64,000 bases of DNA from an uncultured Spirochaetota bacterium (GCA_963734495.1 CAVTHK010000011.1:704001-768000), one strand, 5' to 3'. Shown: positions 48,250-61,943, counted from the stretch's first letter. The notes: generated from the letters alone by a model not told the origin. Translations and numbers: made by a program.

Positions 48250-49051
48250 CGCGGCGCCAGGCGGGGAGGCGCGGCTCGTCGAGGATCTGCGCGGTTCGCG
48301 GAAGTACCGCTACGTCTGCGACGCGGCGCTCTCGCGCGTGGCGCGCTGGGCGCTCCGGCGGGCCGCGACGGCCGCGGCCGCATCACAGCTCGCGCGGCGC
48401 AAGCTGCACCAGGTGTACGGCGCCTATGTCCGGCCCGAGGAGCACAGGGCCGTCGAGAAGGAGCTCGCGACGCTGCCCGCCGTGCCGTCCGCGGACGAGG
48501 CGCGAGCCGTCTGCCGGCGCGTGCTCGGCCTGCACGCCTCCACGCGCGAGCGGCTGCCGATCCTGGACCGCTGCTTCGTCGACGTGTTCGCGGCGACGGG
48601 CCCGCCGCGGTCCGTGCTCGACGCCGCCTGCGGGCTCGGGGCGTTCGCGCTTCCCTGGATGGGGCTCGCGCGCGACGCCGCCTACATCCCGCTGGACATC
48701 GACACGCGGCTCGCGGACTTCGGCAACCGCCTGCTCCTCCTGCTCGGCAGGGAACCGGCCGCGCGCTGCCTCGACCTGCTCGGCGACGAGCCGCTTCCAG
48801 AGGCGGACGTGACGCTTCTGCTCAAGACGGTCCCCTGCCTCGATCGCCAGGATGGCGGAGCCGCCGCCGCGGTTCTCGGCCGCATCCGTTCGCGCGCCGT
48901 GGTGATCTCGTTCCCCCTCAAGTCGCTCGGGGGCCGCGAGCGCGGAATGCGGGCGCAGTACGACCGCCGCATCCGCGAGCTGCTGCGCGGCGGCGACCTG
49001 CAAGAGCTCGCGTACCCGGGCGAAGTCTTCTACGTGTGGAGCAGGGGTTGA
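48242..49051 (+). CDS. ArmA/Rmt/FmrO-family 16S rRNA methyltransferase paralog 2
   Basis: SRKY, KLHQVYGAY, HASTRER, DAACG, DID, LLLKT, SFPLKSLGGR. Confidence 0.88.
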   Translation: MSDAAPGGEARLVEDLRGSRKYRYVCDAALSRVARWALRRAATAAAASQLARRKLHQVYGAYVRPEEHRAVEKELATLPAVPSADEARAVCRRVLGLHASTRERLPILDRCFVDVFAATGPPRSVLDAACGLGAFALPWMGLARDAAYIPLDIDTRLADFGNRLLLLLGREPAARCLDLLGDEPLPEADVTLLLKTVPCLDRQDGGAAAAVLGRIRSRAVVISFPLKSLGGRERGMRAQYDRRIRELLRGGDLQELAYPGEVFYVWSRG

Positions 49052-49070
49052 CCGCGCCGGGGGATGTCGA

Positions 49071-49742
49071 CTATCGCCGGAAGACGCGGATCTCCCAGCC
49101 GCGGGCGCGCGCCTCTTTCCTGAGCCGGCCGTCGGGGTTGGTCGCGACCGGGTGGCCCACCGCCTCCAGCAGCGGGAGATCGTGGATGCTGTCGGAGTAG
49201 AACGAGCACTGCTGCGGCTTGAACCCCGCCCTGCGTATGTGCTCGAGGACTTTGATCCTCTTCTTGTCGCGGAAGACCGGCCCGTCCAGGAAACGCCCGG
49301 TGCTGAGGCCGTTCACGAACTCGAGCGAGCTCGCGATCAGCCCGGTCCCGAGCCATTCGGCCAGCGGCTGGACGATGATGTCGATCGACGAGGTGGCGAG
49401 GATGACGGAGCGGCCCGCGGCCTTGAGCCCCGAGATCAGCTCGCGTGCCTCCTGGTAGACGTCGTCGCGCAGCTTCTTCTCGAAGCAGATCCGCGCCACC
49501 TCCTCGAGGTAGCTGCGCTCGGTGCCGGCGAGACCGGGGAAGTCCTTCTGGAACGTCTTCTGCGAGCTCATCTCGGTAAAGCGGTAGCGCAGGTAGAACA
49601 CGGGGATCTTGAGCAGGTTCTTGCGGGGGAACAGCCCCAGCCGGACGCCGAGAACGATGTAATGACGCGGCGACGAGCCGCGCAGAAGGGTGTGGTCGAC
49701 GTCGAAGAAATCTATCCCCTGACGGAGCATGTTTCTCCCCAA
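49071..49742 (-). CDS. HAD-IB family hydrolase
   Basis: FFDVDHTL, YSDSIHDLPLL, NPD. Confidence 0.9.
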   Translation of the reverse strand: MGRNMLRQGIDFFDVDHTLLRGSSPRHYIVLGVRLGLFPRKNLLKIPVFYLRYRFTEMSSQKTFQKDFPGLAGTERSYLEEVARICFEKKLRDDVYQEARELISGLKAAGRSVILATSSIDIIVQPLAEWLGTGLIASSLEFVNGLSTGRFLDGPVFRDKKRIKVLEHIRRAGFKPQQCSFYSDSIHDLPLLEAVGHPVATNPDGRLRKEARARGWEIRVFRR

Positions 49743-49815
49743 CTTACCCGGCTTTCGCAGTCCGCGTCAAAGCAGCGACGCGCACCGGCACCCCGGTCCG
49801 CCGCCTGCGCCGGCC

Positions 49816-50004
49816 CTATAGGGGCGCCCTGCAGGGGAAGAAGCGGAGCTCGCCGTTGGGGTTCTTGTCCCCGCAGGGGTGAGACTCGTTGGCGTCGGCG
49901 TGGCACTCGTAACAGAACCCCCAATCCACGACCTGATCGCCGCGCAGCAGGAGCCCCGTGATCGCGGCCTGCGCCGCGGCCCGGACGGGCGCCGCCGTCT
50001 TCAC
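49816..50004 (-). CDS. Small putative monoheme peptide or cytochrome fragment (62 aa)
   Basis: GTG start overlaps cyclase stop (GTGA); contains CYECH. Confidence 0.35.
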   Translation of the reverse strand: MKTAAPVRAAAQAAITGLLLRGDQVVDWGFCYECHADANESHPCGDKNPNGELRFFPCRAPL

Positions 50005-51428
50005 GCGCGCGTCCCTTCGCTGTCGAGGACGTAGACCCGCTGCGGGTCCTGTTTGCCTTTGACGCGGATGCTGTACGGGCCTCTCGCGCGGACCCTGCCG
50101 CCCGCGGCGCGCCGTGTCGCTTCGGACACGATCACCTGGCCCGCCTGGGCGGCGCCGCACAGCCGCGCGGCGAAATTGACGTGATCCCCGATGACGGTGA
50201 AGTCCGCGCGCTTCTCGCTCCCGATCGCGCCGAGAACCACCTCGCCGGTGTCGATGCCGACGCCCACGGCCAGCCCGCCGTAGGCGCTCCCCCCCTCCCT
50301 CCTCACCTCGCGCTGGATCTCAGTCGCCGCGTGGCACGCCTGAAACGCCTGCTCCGGCCCGGAGAACAGGGCGACCACCTCGTCGCCCACGTATTTGTCC
50401 ACGTCGCCGCCGCACTTGTGGATGATCTCCGTCTGGACGTTGAGGATCCGGTTCAGCGACTCGACGACCTCCTCGGGCGCTCGGCGCTCGCTGAAAGCGG
50501 TAAAGCCGCGCACGTCGCTGAACAGCATGGTCAGCTCGGCCATGGCCCCCTTTTCCCTGTTCTTGATCGACTGCAGGGTCGAGGAGGAGACGAACCTGGA
50601 GAGCTCGAAGCGCTCGTAGAGGCCCTGGATCATCTCGTTGATCGTGTCGCCCAGGACCCCGATCTCGTCTTTGCTGCGGATCGCGACGCGGACGTCGAAC
50701 TTGCCGCCCGTGACCAGGGAGCACACGTCGCCGATCTGCTTGACGGGGTTGATGATGGAGCCGTGCATGTATGCCGTGAGGATCGCGGCCAGCGCCACCA
50801 CCAGGCCCACGAACATGGCCGCGGAAACGAGGATCTTGTCGCGCTGCTCGACCAGCAGCGGGCTCAAGTCCGCGCGGATGCGGATGACCCCCCTCACCGT
50901 GTGGTCGCTGCCGTGGCATTCCGCGCACTCAGGCAGGTTCAGAAGCGGGTCGTAGATGGTGACGGTCCACCTTTCGGTCGTGATCGCCTCGGACGTGTTC
51001 CTGCGCGCCTCGGCGACGGACAGGCCGAACATGGCGTCGCCCGGCGGGATCCCGGCGGGGCTGGCGGGCAGGCTCGTCTTGTCCTTGAACGAGTCGCGTC
51101 CGAGATTCCGGTTGACCACCGCGATCGTCGTGTTGTCCGAGAACGCCTCCACGCCCGTCGCGCGGAAGAGCTGGATGTCGTAGGCCGGGTTCGCCGTGCT
51201 GATGTCCTTGAGCAGGGAGACCGCGATCGGCGCCTCTCCCGGCAGCATCGCGTTCTTGATCGCCTGATAGAGGAGCGCGGCCTGCTGTTCCAGGCCCTGC
51301 CGGGTCGACCGCGACAGGTCCCTGATGCCACGATCGGAGAGGAAGGTGATCACCGCTCCCACGCCGATCACGAGACTGAGAATGATGATAAGGTTCACCT
51401 TGCGAGTGATCGGAGTGACCCGGCGCAT
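50001..51428 (-). CDS. Class III adenylate cyclase with periplasmic heme-c sensor and HAMP domain
   Basis: TM-periplasmic(CAECH)-TM-HAMP(DEIG); FSDVRGFT, DKYVGD, DFTVIGDHVNFAARL. Confidence 0.9.
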   Translation of the reverse strand: MRRVTPITRKVNLIIILSLVIGVGAVITFLSDRGIRDLSRSTRQGLEQQAALLYQAIKNAMLPGEAPIAVSLLKDISTANPAYDIQLFRATGVEAFSDNTTIAVVNRNLGRDSFKDKTSLPASPAGIPPGDAMFGLSVAEARRNTSEAITTERWTVTIYDPLLNLPECAECHGSDHTVRGVIRIRADLSPLLVEQRDKILVSAAMFVGLVVALAAILTAYMHGSIINPVKQIGDVCSLVTGGKFDVRVAIRSKDEIGVLGDTINEMIQGLYERFELSRFVSSSTLQSIKNREKGAMAELTMLFSDVRGFTAFSERRAPEEVVESLNRILNVQTEIIHKCGGDVDKYVGDEVVALFSGPEQAFQACHAATEIQREVRREGGSAYGGLAVGVGIDTGEVVLGAIGSEKRADFTVIGDHVNFAARLCGAAQAGQVIVSEATRRAAGGRVRARGPYSIRVKGKQDPQRVYVLDSEGTRA

Positions 51429-51662
51429 ACGGGACCGATTATAGGTTTGCTCGCGGCCGCGCGCAAACATGCGCCAACGGCGCTGCCTCTCCGGGCCGCC
51501 GGCGCCGCAGCGCCGCGCGCCGCCGCGGTGCGCGCGATCCGCCGCGGGCCCGGCAGGTTTCCCGCCGGCGCGGGCGCTGCCGGGACCCCGGCGCGCCGCG
51601 CCCCGGCGGCGCCGCCCCGCGAGCCGCGGCGGCTCGGTCGGGGCGGCGGGCGCCTTGCGCCT

Positions 51663-53950
<2,288 letters not shown>

Positions 53951-54088
53951 GAGGCAAGACCTCCATTTCAGACTGCTGATGAAAGACGAGACGTGAGAAG
54001 ATCTATCCCCCCGGCCGGTGGTGTGTCAACGGCCGGAGGGACAGGTTTGGTGAGTGTTTGTGCTTGAGGGCGGTGAAATGCGCGGCGC

Positions 54089-54853
54089 TTACTGCGAAGC
54101 CGAGCGCCACCACACGTAATGCTTAGTCTGCAGGTCAGCTTGCGGCGGCATCGGGTAGAAACGGACTCCGCCGTCGCCGCCGAGGTAGAACCCGGTGTCG
54201 ACCGTGCGGTAAGGGAATCCCACCGGCGCGATCCTGTCCACGGTCTTGCTCAGCTTTTCGGGAGCGCCCTTGAGCTCGGCGAGGCAGGAACGCAGGTGAT
54301 CGATGTTGGGGTACGGGAGATCGTCCGCCTTGCCCTTTTCGGGATCTTCGGCGAGCCGGTCCAGCTTGAGGTCCGCGAAGAAGATGCGCGGGACGTGGAT
54401 GCTCCTCCTGGGATCGGTCATGAACGCGGCGAACTTGGCGGGGTCGAGCGTGCTCACGACGCGCGGGTCGACCGGGCAGATCTCCTGGTAGAGCTTGTAG
54501 CGATGCGGCGCTTCGGCGATCGTCTTCGACGGCGCGATCTCCAGCACGCGCCCGTCGCGTGTCGCGAGGTAGAGGTTGCCGATGGCCGAGAGGGGAACGT
54601 GCTCCAGCGCGCGGTAGACCGAAAGATACACGGAATGCTTCGGCTCGCCGTTCGCGTGGGGCACGCAGCGGTCGTCGATCTCCGACATCGGAAAGTAGCT
54701 GCTGGAAAAATTGCGGTCGACCGCGAAGTACATCGCCTCTCCCCGCGCCTTCTTCTGGGTTCCGACCGCGAAGTACGTGCCGAACTCGTTCGGGGGAAGC
54801 ATCGACGCGATCAGGGCCTCGGGAATCATAGAGAGATACAGATGTACCGCCAT
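54089..54853 (-). CDS. Conserved hypothetical protein
   Basis: EALIASMLPP, SVYRALEH, LYQEICP. Confidence 0.75.
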   Translation of the reverse strand: MAVHLYLSMIPEALIASMLPPNEFGTYFAVGTQKKARGEAMYFAVDRNFSSSYFPMSEIDDRCVPHANGEPKHSVYLSVYRALEHVPLSAIGNLYLATRDGRVLEIAPSKTIAEAPHRYKLYQEICPVDPRVVSTLDPAKFAAFMTDPRRSIHVPRIFFADLKLDRLAEDPEKGKADDLPYPNIDHLRSCLAELKGAPEKLSKTVDRIAPVGFPYRTVDTGFYLGGDGGVRFYPMPPQADLQTKHYVWWRSASQ

Positions 54854-55046
54854 ATTTACCTCCACATCGTGTGTTCGGTGCGCCGTCAAGCGCTGCCGTC
54901 GCACTCTCATTGTAAGCAGGAAAGGGCGCGGCGGCAAAACGAATCGTGCAATGAAACGCGGAGAGAGCTGGAAAAAAGTTGAAGGCAGTCTTCGGCCGCG
55001 GAGGCCGACCACGCGGGAGAGCTGTCGCTGCGGAACAGTCCCGCCG

Positions 55047-56109
55047 CTACCTGATCGCGAGCATCCGCTCGACGGAGGCGAGCGCCCTGACTCTCACGTC
55101 CTCGTCGAGGTCGACGACGTAGCGGGTCTCGCGCAGCGAGGCGAGGGTGTCCTCGAGGGTGATCTCCTGCATGTGCGGGCAGCGGTGGCTGCAGAGGCGC
55201 AGCATCTCCTTGTGCGGGTTCTCCGCGGCGATGTTGTCGCCCATGCTGCACTCGGTGAGCAGGAGGTAGCGCGGCGCCTTGACCTCGCGCACGTAGCGGA
55301 TCATGGCCGCCGTGCTGCCCGTAAAGTCGGACGCCGCGCAGACCTCGGGGCTGCATTCGGGATGCGCGAGCACGACCACGTCGGGGAACTGGCGGCGCAC
55401 GACCGCTATGTCCTCGACGGTGAACAGCTCGTGCACCTCGCAGCGGCCCTTCCACCCGATCATCTGGTAGTCCAGCGCCTTGTCCCGGGCGGCCGCGGGC
55501 CGCGGCTTCTTCGCGGGGAAGATGATGCGCTTGCCGGTCTCCCTGGCGACGTTGCTCGCGAGGTACTCGTCGGGGAGAAAGATGACCGTCTGCGAGCCCA
55601 GCGACGCGACCACCCGGGCCGCGTTGCCGGACGTGCAGCAGATGTCGCTCTCCGCCTTGACGTCGGCGTACGTGTTGATGTAGGTCACCACCGGAACACC
55701 GGGAAAGCGCGCCTTGAGGTCGCGCACGTCCTGCGCCGTGATGCTCTCGGCGAGCGAGCAGCCGGCGCGCGGGGAGGGGATCAGCACCGTCTTCTCGGGG
55801 TTGAGGATCTTGGCGGTCTCCGCCATGAAGCGGACGCCGCAGAACACGATGATGTCCTTGTCGGTCTTCGCCGCGGCGCGGCACAGCTCGAGGGAGTCGC
55901 CGGTGAAGTCGGGGATCGAGTGGTAGAGGGCCGCCTCCATGTAGTTGTGGCCCAGGATGACCGCGTTGCGTTCCTCCTTGAGCCGATTGATCTCCGCGGC
56001 GAGCTCGGCCTTGACCCTGCAGCTCGACGTCCGGCACGACATCTATCAGTTTTGCGCGCAGGCTCTCGTAGATCTTCTGCGCGGATGAAAGCGTATTCAC
56101 GACTGGCAT
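55047..56109 (-). CDS. nadA: Quinolinate synthase, frameshift near 56017
   Basis: GHNY, CGVRFMAE, GCSLA, CCTS, HPEC, CPHM. Confidence 0.92.
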
Positions 56110-56318
56110 CCAATCGCTCCTGGATTCACTATTGCCTCAATAAGCTACTCTGGAAGGTTTTCCACCGTCAACTCGGCCGAACGGCCGGGTAGGCCCGCGC
56201 GGCGCCCGCTGGAGCGGGTGCGCGGGCGGCGCCCGCGATGCGCGCCGGGCGTCCATTCCGTCCGCGGCCGCCGGGGTGGGCTTGCTACGGCCCGCTGCCG
56301 TCCCTATCATACCGCCCT

Positions 56319-57158
56319 ATGGATTGGGAGCGCGTCGATCCGCTCATCCGCATGGCCCTCGACGAGGACCTCGGCACCGACGGCGACGTCACTTCGCTGG
56401 CGATCTTCGCCGACGAACGCCGAGAGTGCAGGCTGGTAAGCAAGGACACGGGCGTGCTGGCGGGCGCCGCCGTGTTCGAGAGGGTGTTCCACCTGGTCGA
56501 CGACCGCTCGCGCGTTCGATTCCGCTTCGAGGATGGCGCCTCCCTCACGCCCGGCATGGAGGTGGCCGAGATCGGCGGGCTTGCGACGAGCGTGCTTGCG
56601 TCGGAGCGAGTGGCGCTCAACTTCGTCTCGTTCCTCTCGGGCATCGCCACCCAGGCGCGCGACTTCGTCGCCGCCGCCGCCGGCAGAGTGGAGATCCTGG
56701 ACACGCGCAAGACCCTGCCCGGGTTCCGCGCCCTGTCCAAGTATGCCGTACGGGCGGGCGGCGCGCGCAACCACCGGGATGGGCTGCACGACATGGTCCT
56801 GATCAAGGACAATCACATCGACATGGCCGGCTCGATCCCGGTCGCCGTGGAGCGCGTGCGGCGCAGGTGGGGCAGCCGCTTCCGCGTGGAGGTCGAGTGC
56901 CGGACCGAAGACGAGGTGCGCGAGGCGATCGACGCCGGCGCGGACATCGTGATGCTCGACAACATGAGCCGGGACCGGATGGCCGCCGCCCTGCGCCTGC
57001 GGCGCGGCGCGGTCAAGTTCGAGATCTCCGGAAACATGACCCTCGATAAGGTGCGCGACCTGGCGGGTCTGGGCGCGGATTACATCTCCGTGGGCAGCAT
57101 CACCCATTCGGTGCGCCGCTTCGACTTCTCGCTCGTCACACCGAGGGAGGCTGCATGA
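56319..57158 (+). CDS. nadC: Nicotinate-nucleotide diphosphorylase (carboxylating)
   Basis: DTRKTLPG, HR, LIKDNH, MLDN, ISVG. Confidence 0.95.
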   Translation: MDWERVDPLIRMALDEDLGTDGDVTSLAIFADERRECRLVSKDTGVLAGAAVFERVFHLVDDRSRVRFRFEDGASLTPGMEVAEIGGLATSVLASERVALNFVSFLSGIATQARDFVAAAAGRVEILDTRKTLPGFRALSKYAVRAGGARNHRDGLHDMVLIKDNHIDMAGSIPVAVERVRRRWGSRFRVEVECRTEDEVREAIDAGADIVMLDNMSRDRMAAALRLRRGAVKFEISGNMTLDKVRDLAGLGADYISVGSITHSVRRFDFSLVTPREAA

Positions 57159-58747
57159 GTGATGGGGCGCGGCAGAACGGGGGCGCCGCCGAGCGGCGGC
57201 AGTTCGACCTGCTGGTCATCGGCAGCGGCATCGCGGGGCTCACGGCGGCGATCAGCGCCGCCGAGCGCGGCCTGTCCGTCGCCGTGGTCTCCAAGGAAGA
57301 CGCGCTGCGGGACACCAACACCCGCTGGGCGCAGGGGGGGATCGTCGGAAGGGGAGAGCAGGACTCGCCGGAGCTCCTGGTGCAGGACATCATGGCGGCC
57401 GGCGACCAGGTCGGGTGCCTCGACGCGGTGCGCCTGCTCGCCGACGAGGCCCCCGCCATGGTCGACCGTTTCCTCGCCGAGAAGATTGGCGTGGCCTTTT
57501 CGCGCGAGCCCGGCGGGGCGATCGACCTCACGATGGAGGCGGCCCACTCCGTGCGCCGCATCTACCACGCCATGGACCACACGGGCGAGGCGATCGAGAC
57601 GGCTCTGCTGCGCTACCTGGCCGGCGTCCGCGGCGTGCAGACCCTTACCGGACACACCGCGATCGACCTCGTCACGAACACGCACAACTCGACCGATGCG
57701 CAGGAACGGTACAAGGGCACGCGCGTCATCGGCGCGTACGTGCTCGACAACTCCACGGCCGCGGTGCGCGTGTTCTTCGCCCCGACCGTAGTGCTCGCCA
57801 CCGGCGGGGTCGGGAACCTGTACCTGCACACCTCGAACCCCGTGGGCGCCACGGGCGACGGGGTGGCCATGGCGCACCGCATCGGCGCCGAGGTGCTCAA
57901 CGCCGAGTACATCCAGTTCCACCCGACGATCCTCTACCACAAGGACGTCAAGCGCTTCCTCATCTCGGAGTCGCTGCGCGGCGAAGGGGCGCGCCTCTCG
58001 AATCAGCGCGGCGAGTTCTTCATGGACCGTTACGCGCCCGAGGAGCGCGACCTCGCCAGCCGCGACAAGGTCGCCCGCGCGATCTACGCGGAGATGGAGA
58101 ACGAGAACTCGGAATACGTCAGGCTCGACGCGCGCACCATCAAGGGGATGTCGGTCGAAGAGCGCTTTCCGCTGATCTTCAGCACTTGCCTCGAGCTGGG
58201 GATCGACATGCGCAAGGAGCCGATTCCGGTCGTGCCCGCCGCGCACTACTTCTGCGGCGGCATCAAGGTCGATCTCGAAGGCCGCACCTCCATCCCGGGC
58301 CTGTACGCGGTCGGCGAGTGTTCCTGCACCGGGGTCCACGGCGCCAACCGCCTGGCCTCCGTCTCGCTGCTCGAGGGGCTGTACTGGGGCGCGCGCATCG
58401 GGCTTCACGCGGTCCGCGGCGAGGTCGATCCCCGTCTCCAGGCCGCGACGCCCGACTGGTTCTATCCGAAGGACGAAGAGGTGTTCGACCCGGTGCTCGT
58501 GAACCAGGATTTCCGCACGATCCAGTCCACGATGTGGAACTACGCGGGGATCATTCGCACCGCGAAGCGCCTTCAGAGGGCGCTCGCCGACCTGAACTAC
58601 CTCACGCACCGCATCGAGCAGTTCTACCGGGAGGCGAAGCTCACGCGCGGCATCATCGAGCTGCGCAACGGCGTCGTCGCCGCGGAGCTCATCGTGCAGG
58701 CGGCCCTGGCCAACCGGGTGTCGCGAGGCTGCCACTACATCGAGTAG
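57155..58747 (+). CDS. nadB: L-aspartate oxidase
   Basis: GSGIAG, AQGG, QFHPT, SESLRGEG, HYFCGG, HGANRLAS. Confidence 0.95.
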   Translation: MSDGARQNGGAAERRQFDLLVIGSGIAGLTAAISAAERGLSVAVVSKEDALRDTNTRWAQGGIVGRGEQDSPELLVQDIMAAGDQVGCLDAVRLLADEAPAMVDRFLAEKIGVAFSREPGGAIDLTMEAAHSVRRIYHAMDHTGEAIETALLRYLAGVRGVQTLTGHTAIDLVTNTHNSTDAQERYKGTRVIGAYVLDNSTAAVRVFFAPTVVLATGGVGNLYLHTSNPVGATGDGVAMAHRIGAEVLNAEYIQFHPTILYHKDVKRFLISESLRGEGARLSNQRGEFFMDRYAPEERDLASRDKVARAIYAEMENENSEYVRLDARTIKGMSVEERFPLIFSTCLELGIDMRKEPIPVVPAAHYFCGGIKVDLEGRTSIPGLYAVGECSCTGVHGANRLASVSLLEGLYWGARIGLHAVRGEVDPRLQAATPDWFYPKDEEVFDPVLVNQDFRTIQSTMWNYAGIIRTAKRLQRALADLNYLTHRIEQFYREAKLTRGIIELRNGVVAAELIVQAALANRVSRGCHYIE

Positions 58748-59849
58748 AGCGGCCCGTCAGCCGCCGGCGGCCTCCGGGAGCGGCGACGCGGCCCAGCACG
58801 AACATCGTCGGGTACACGCCGCTGGTCTCGACGACGCGCGCGTGCAGGATGCGGAAACCGCCGAACTGCCGCACCACGCGGTTGAACGCGGCCCGCTGCT
58901 TGCCGACGAGGATCACCATGCGCCCCTCGGAGACGAGCACCTTCCACGCCGCCTCGAGGAAGCGGATGTACAGCCCGTGAAAGTTCACGTTGCGGCCCAT
59001 GCGGATGCCGTAGGGCGGGTCGGTGACGACCGCGTCGAACCAGCCGGGCGGGTAGGCGTCCGCGAGGTCACGCGCGTCGAGGCACCGGACGGTCGCCCTC
59101 GCCTCCAGCCCCGCGGCGCGGAGGTTCTCGGCGGCGCCCGCCACCGCCTGCGGGTTGTAGTCGGAGCCGTGGATCTCGAAGCCCGGGAGGACGTGGCCGG
59201 CCTCGAGCAGGATGTTGCCTGAGCCGCAGAACGGGTCGAGCACGCGGCCGCGCCGGCCGTGCAGGCCGCAGAGGGCGAGCATGGCGAAGGCCACCGTCGG
59301 ACGCAGCGTGACGCGCGGCTGGTAGATCTTCTCGTACCGCTTGTCCATGCGCTCGTCGGTGAGCTGGATGCCCACCAGGCAGAGGCTCTCCACGACGTCG
59401 ACGCGCACGTTGACTTCGAAGTCCCGCAGGTCCACCGGGACGCCGTAGCGTTCGAGGAGCACCGCGCCCGCGGCCCTCTGCACGTCCACGCTGCCGAACT
59501 CCTGCTCGCCCACGCGCACGGTCGTCACGCGGAAGCTGCGGGCGCCTTGGAGCTCCGGGATATCGACGCCGCGCAGGCGGAGAGCCAGCGCCTCGAGCGG
59601 CGACTGCTCCGGCAGCGTGAACCAGGCGCGATGCTCGATGACGTGGCCCACCGAGCGCATCGCGCGCACGACGGCAAGGACGGGGTCGAGGGCGTGAGGC
59701 ATCTCGACGAGCACGTTTCCGGCGAGGCCGAACGGCTTGCGCTCGCTGGCGAGCAGCTCGAGACCGGCGTCGCGCAGCAGGCCGCGCAGCTCGGTCTCCA
59801 CGACGTCTTCGAGCCCGGGATTGGTGGTGAGTCGGAGGACGGTGCCCAC
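58689..59849 (-). CDS. THUMP-domain RNA methyltransferase (TrmN/Trm14-like)
   Basis: THUMP region, DPFCGSG, DPPYG; exact 3' end uncertain (overlaps nadB). Confidence 0.85.
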   Translation of the reverse strand: MGTVLRLTTNPGLEDVVETELRGLLRDAGLELLASERKPFGLAGNVLVEMPHALDPVLAVVRAMRSVGHVIEHRAWFTLPEQSPLEALALRLRGVDIPELQGARSFRVTTVRVGEQEFGSVDVQRAAGAVLLERYGVPVDLRDFEVNVRVDVVESLCLVGIQLTDERMDKRYEKIYQPRVTLRPTVAFAMLALCGLHGRRGRVLDPFCGSGNILLEAGHVLPGFEIHGSDYNPQAVAGAAENLRAAGLEARATVRCLDARDLADAYPPGWFDAVVTDPPYGIRMGRNVNFHGLYIRFLEAAWKVLVSEGRMVILVGKQRAAFNRVVRQFGGFRILHARVVETSGVYPTMFVLGRVAAPGGRRRLTGRSTRCSGSLATPGWPGPPAR

Positions 59850-59936
59850 TGCCCCCAGCCTAACCCATGTTGCGCGCGCTGAACATGGGCGGATCAGAGG
59901 TGAGGCCCAAGGGCCGCGCGCCGGAAAGGCGGCGCG

Positions 59937-60970
<1,034 letters not shown>

Positions 60971-60974
<4 letters not shown>

Positions 60975-61943
60975 GCGGCCCGCTCCGTGAGCCGGCTGAC
61001 CGCGTCGGCGAGGATCGTGCGCTCGCGGACGTCCGGCAGCCGCTCGACGAGGCGCAGCGCGCGCTCGCTGTAGCGGCGGGCGACCTGCCTGGCGCGCTCG
61101 ACCGCCCGGCTCTCGCGCAGGATCTGCAGGATGCGGCCGATCGAGCCGCCGTCGTCTTCCTGCTCGTCGAGCAGGCGCTCGAGCTCGGAGCGGGCGGGCG
61201 ACGCGAGGGCGTAGACGACGGGCAGCGTGTACACTCCGTTGCGCAGGTCCTGGCCCACGGGCTTGCCGATGCGCTCCGCGTCGCCGTCGACGTCGAGGAT
61301 GTCGTCCACGATCTGGAACGACATGCCGAGGTAGCGCCCGACCCGCGCGAGCTGCTCGCAGAGCTCGGCGGAGCACCCGCTCTCCGTCGCCCCCAGCCGG
61401 AAGCAGGCGGAGAACAGGGCCGCGGTCTTGCCGTCTATCCTGCGGAAGTAGTCGCCCGGCTCCAGCGAGATTCCGTGCTCCGAGGCCACCTCGCGCACCT
61501 CGCCGGCGCAGATGCGCGACGCGGTGCGCGCGAACGTCTGCGCCGTCGGCAGGCTGGCGTGGGCGGCCATGGTGAAGAAGCTGCGCGCGAGCAGCCAGTC
61601 GCCCGCGAGCACCGCGTCCCGCGTGCCGAGGCGGCTGGCCACCGAGGGCTTCCCGCGCCGCAGCTCCGCGCCGTCGACGATGTCATCGTGCACCAGCGTG
61701 GCGATGTGGAAGAGCTCGACGCCCGCGGCGAGCTGGCAGAGGCGCTCCTCGTCGCAACGGCCGAAACGGCCGCCGAGGATGACGAAGCCGGGGCGCAGGA
61801 GCTTGCCTCCGTCGTTGAGGAGCTCCTCGATCGCCGGCCCCCAGCGGGGCCGGCACGCCGCCCCCGCTTTCGCGCAGGATGGCCCGCGTTCGCGTGATCG
61901 CCGAGGAGAGGGGAGAATAGCCGTCCCAGAAGCTGCCGTTCAT
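60971..61943 (-). CDS. Polyprenyl diphosphate synthase (heptaprenyl synthase/DmkB-like), frameshifted near 61850-61900
   Basis: GGKLLRP, HDDIVD...RRG, KTA, FQIVDDILD, GKPVGQD. Confidence 0.88.

Noticed and set aside
43083-49051. Aminoglycoside or siderophore biosynthetic cluster with self-resistance
   Set aside because: No DOI synthase, glycosyltransferases, aminotransferases, NIS or NRPS genes nearby.
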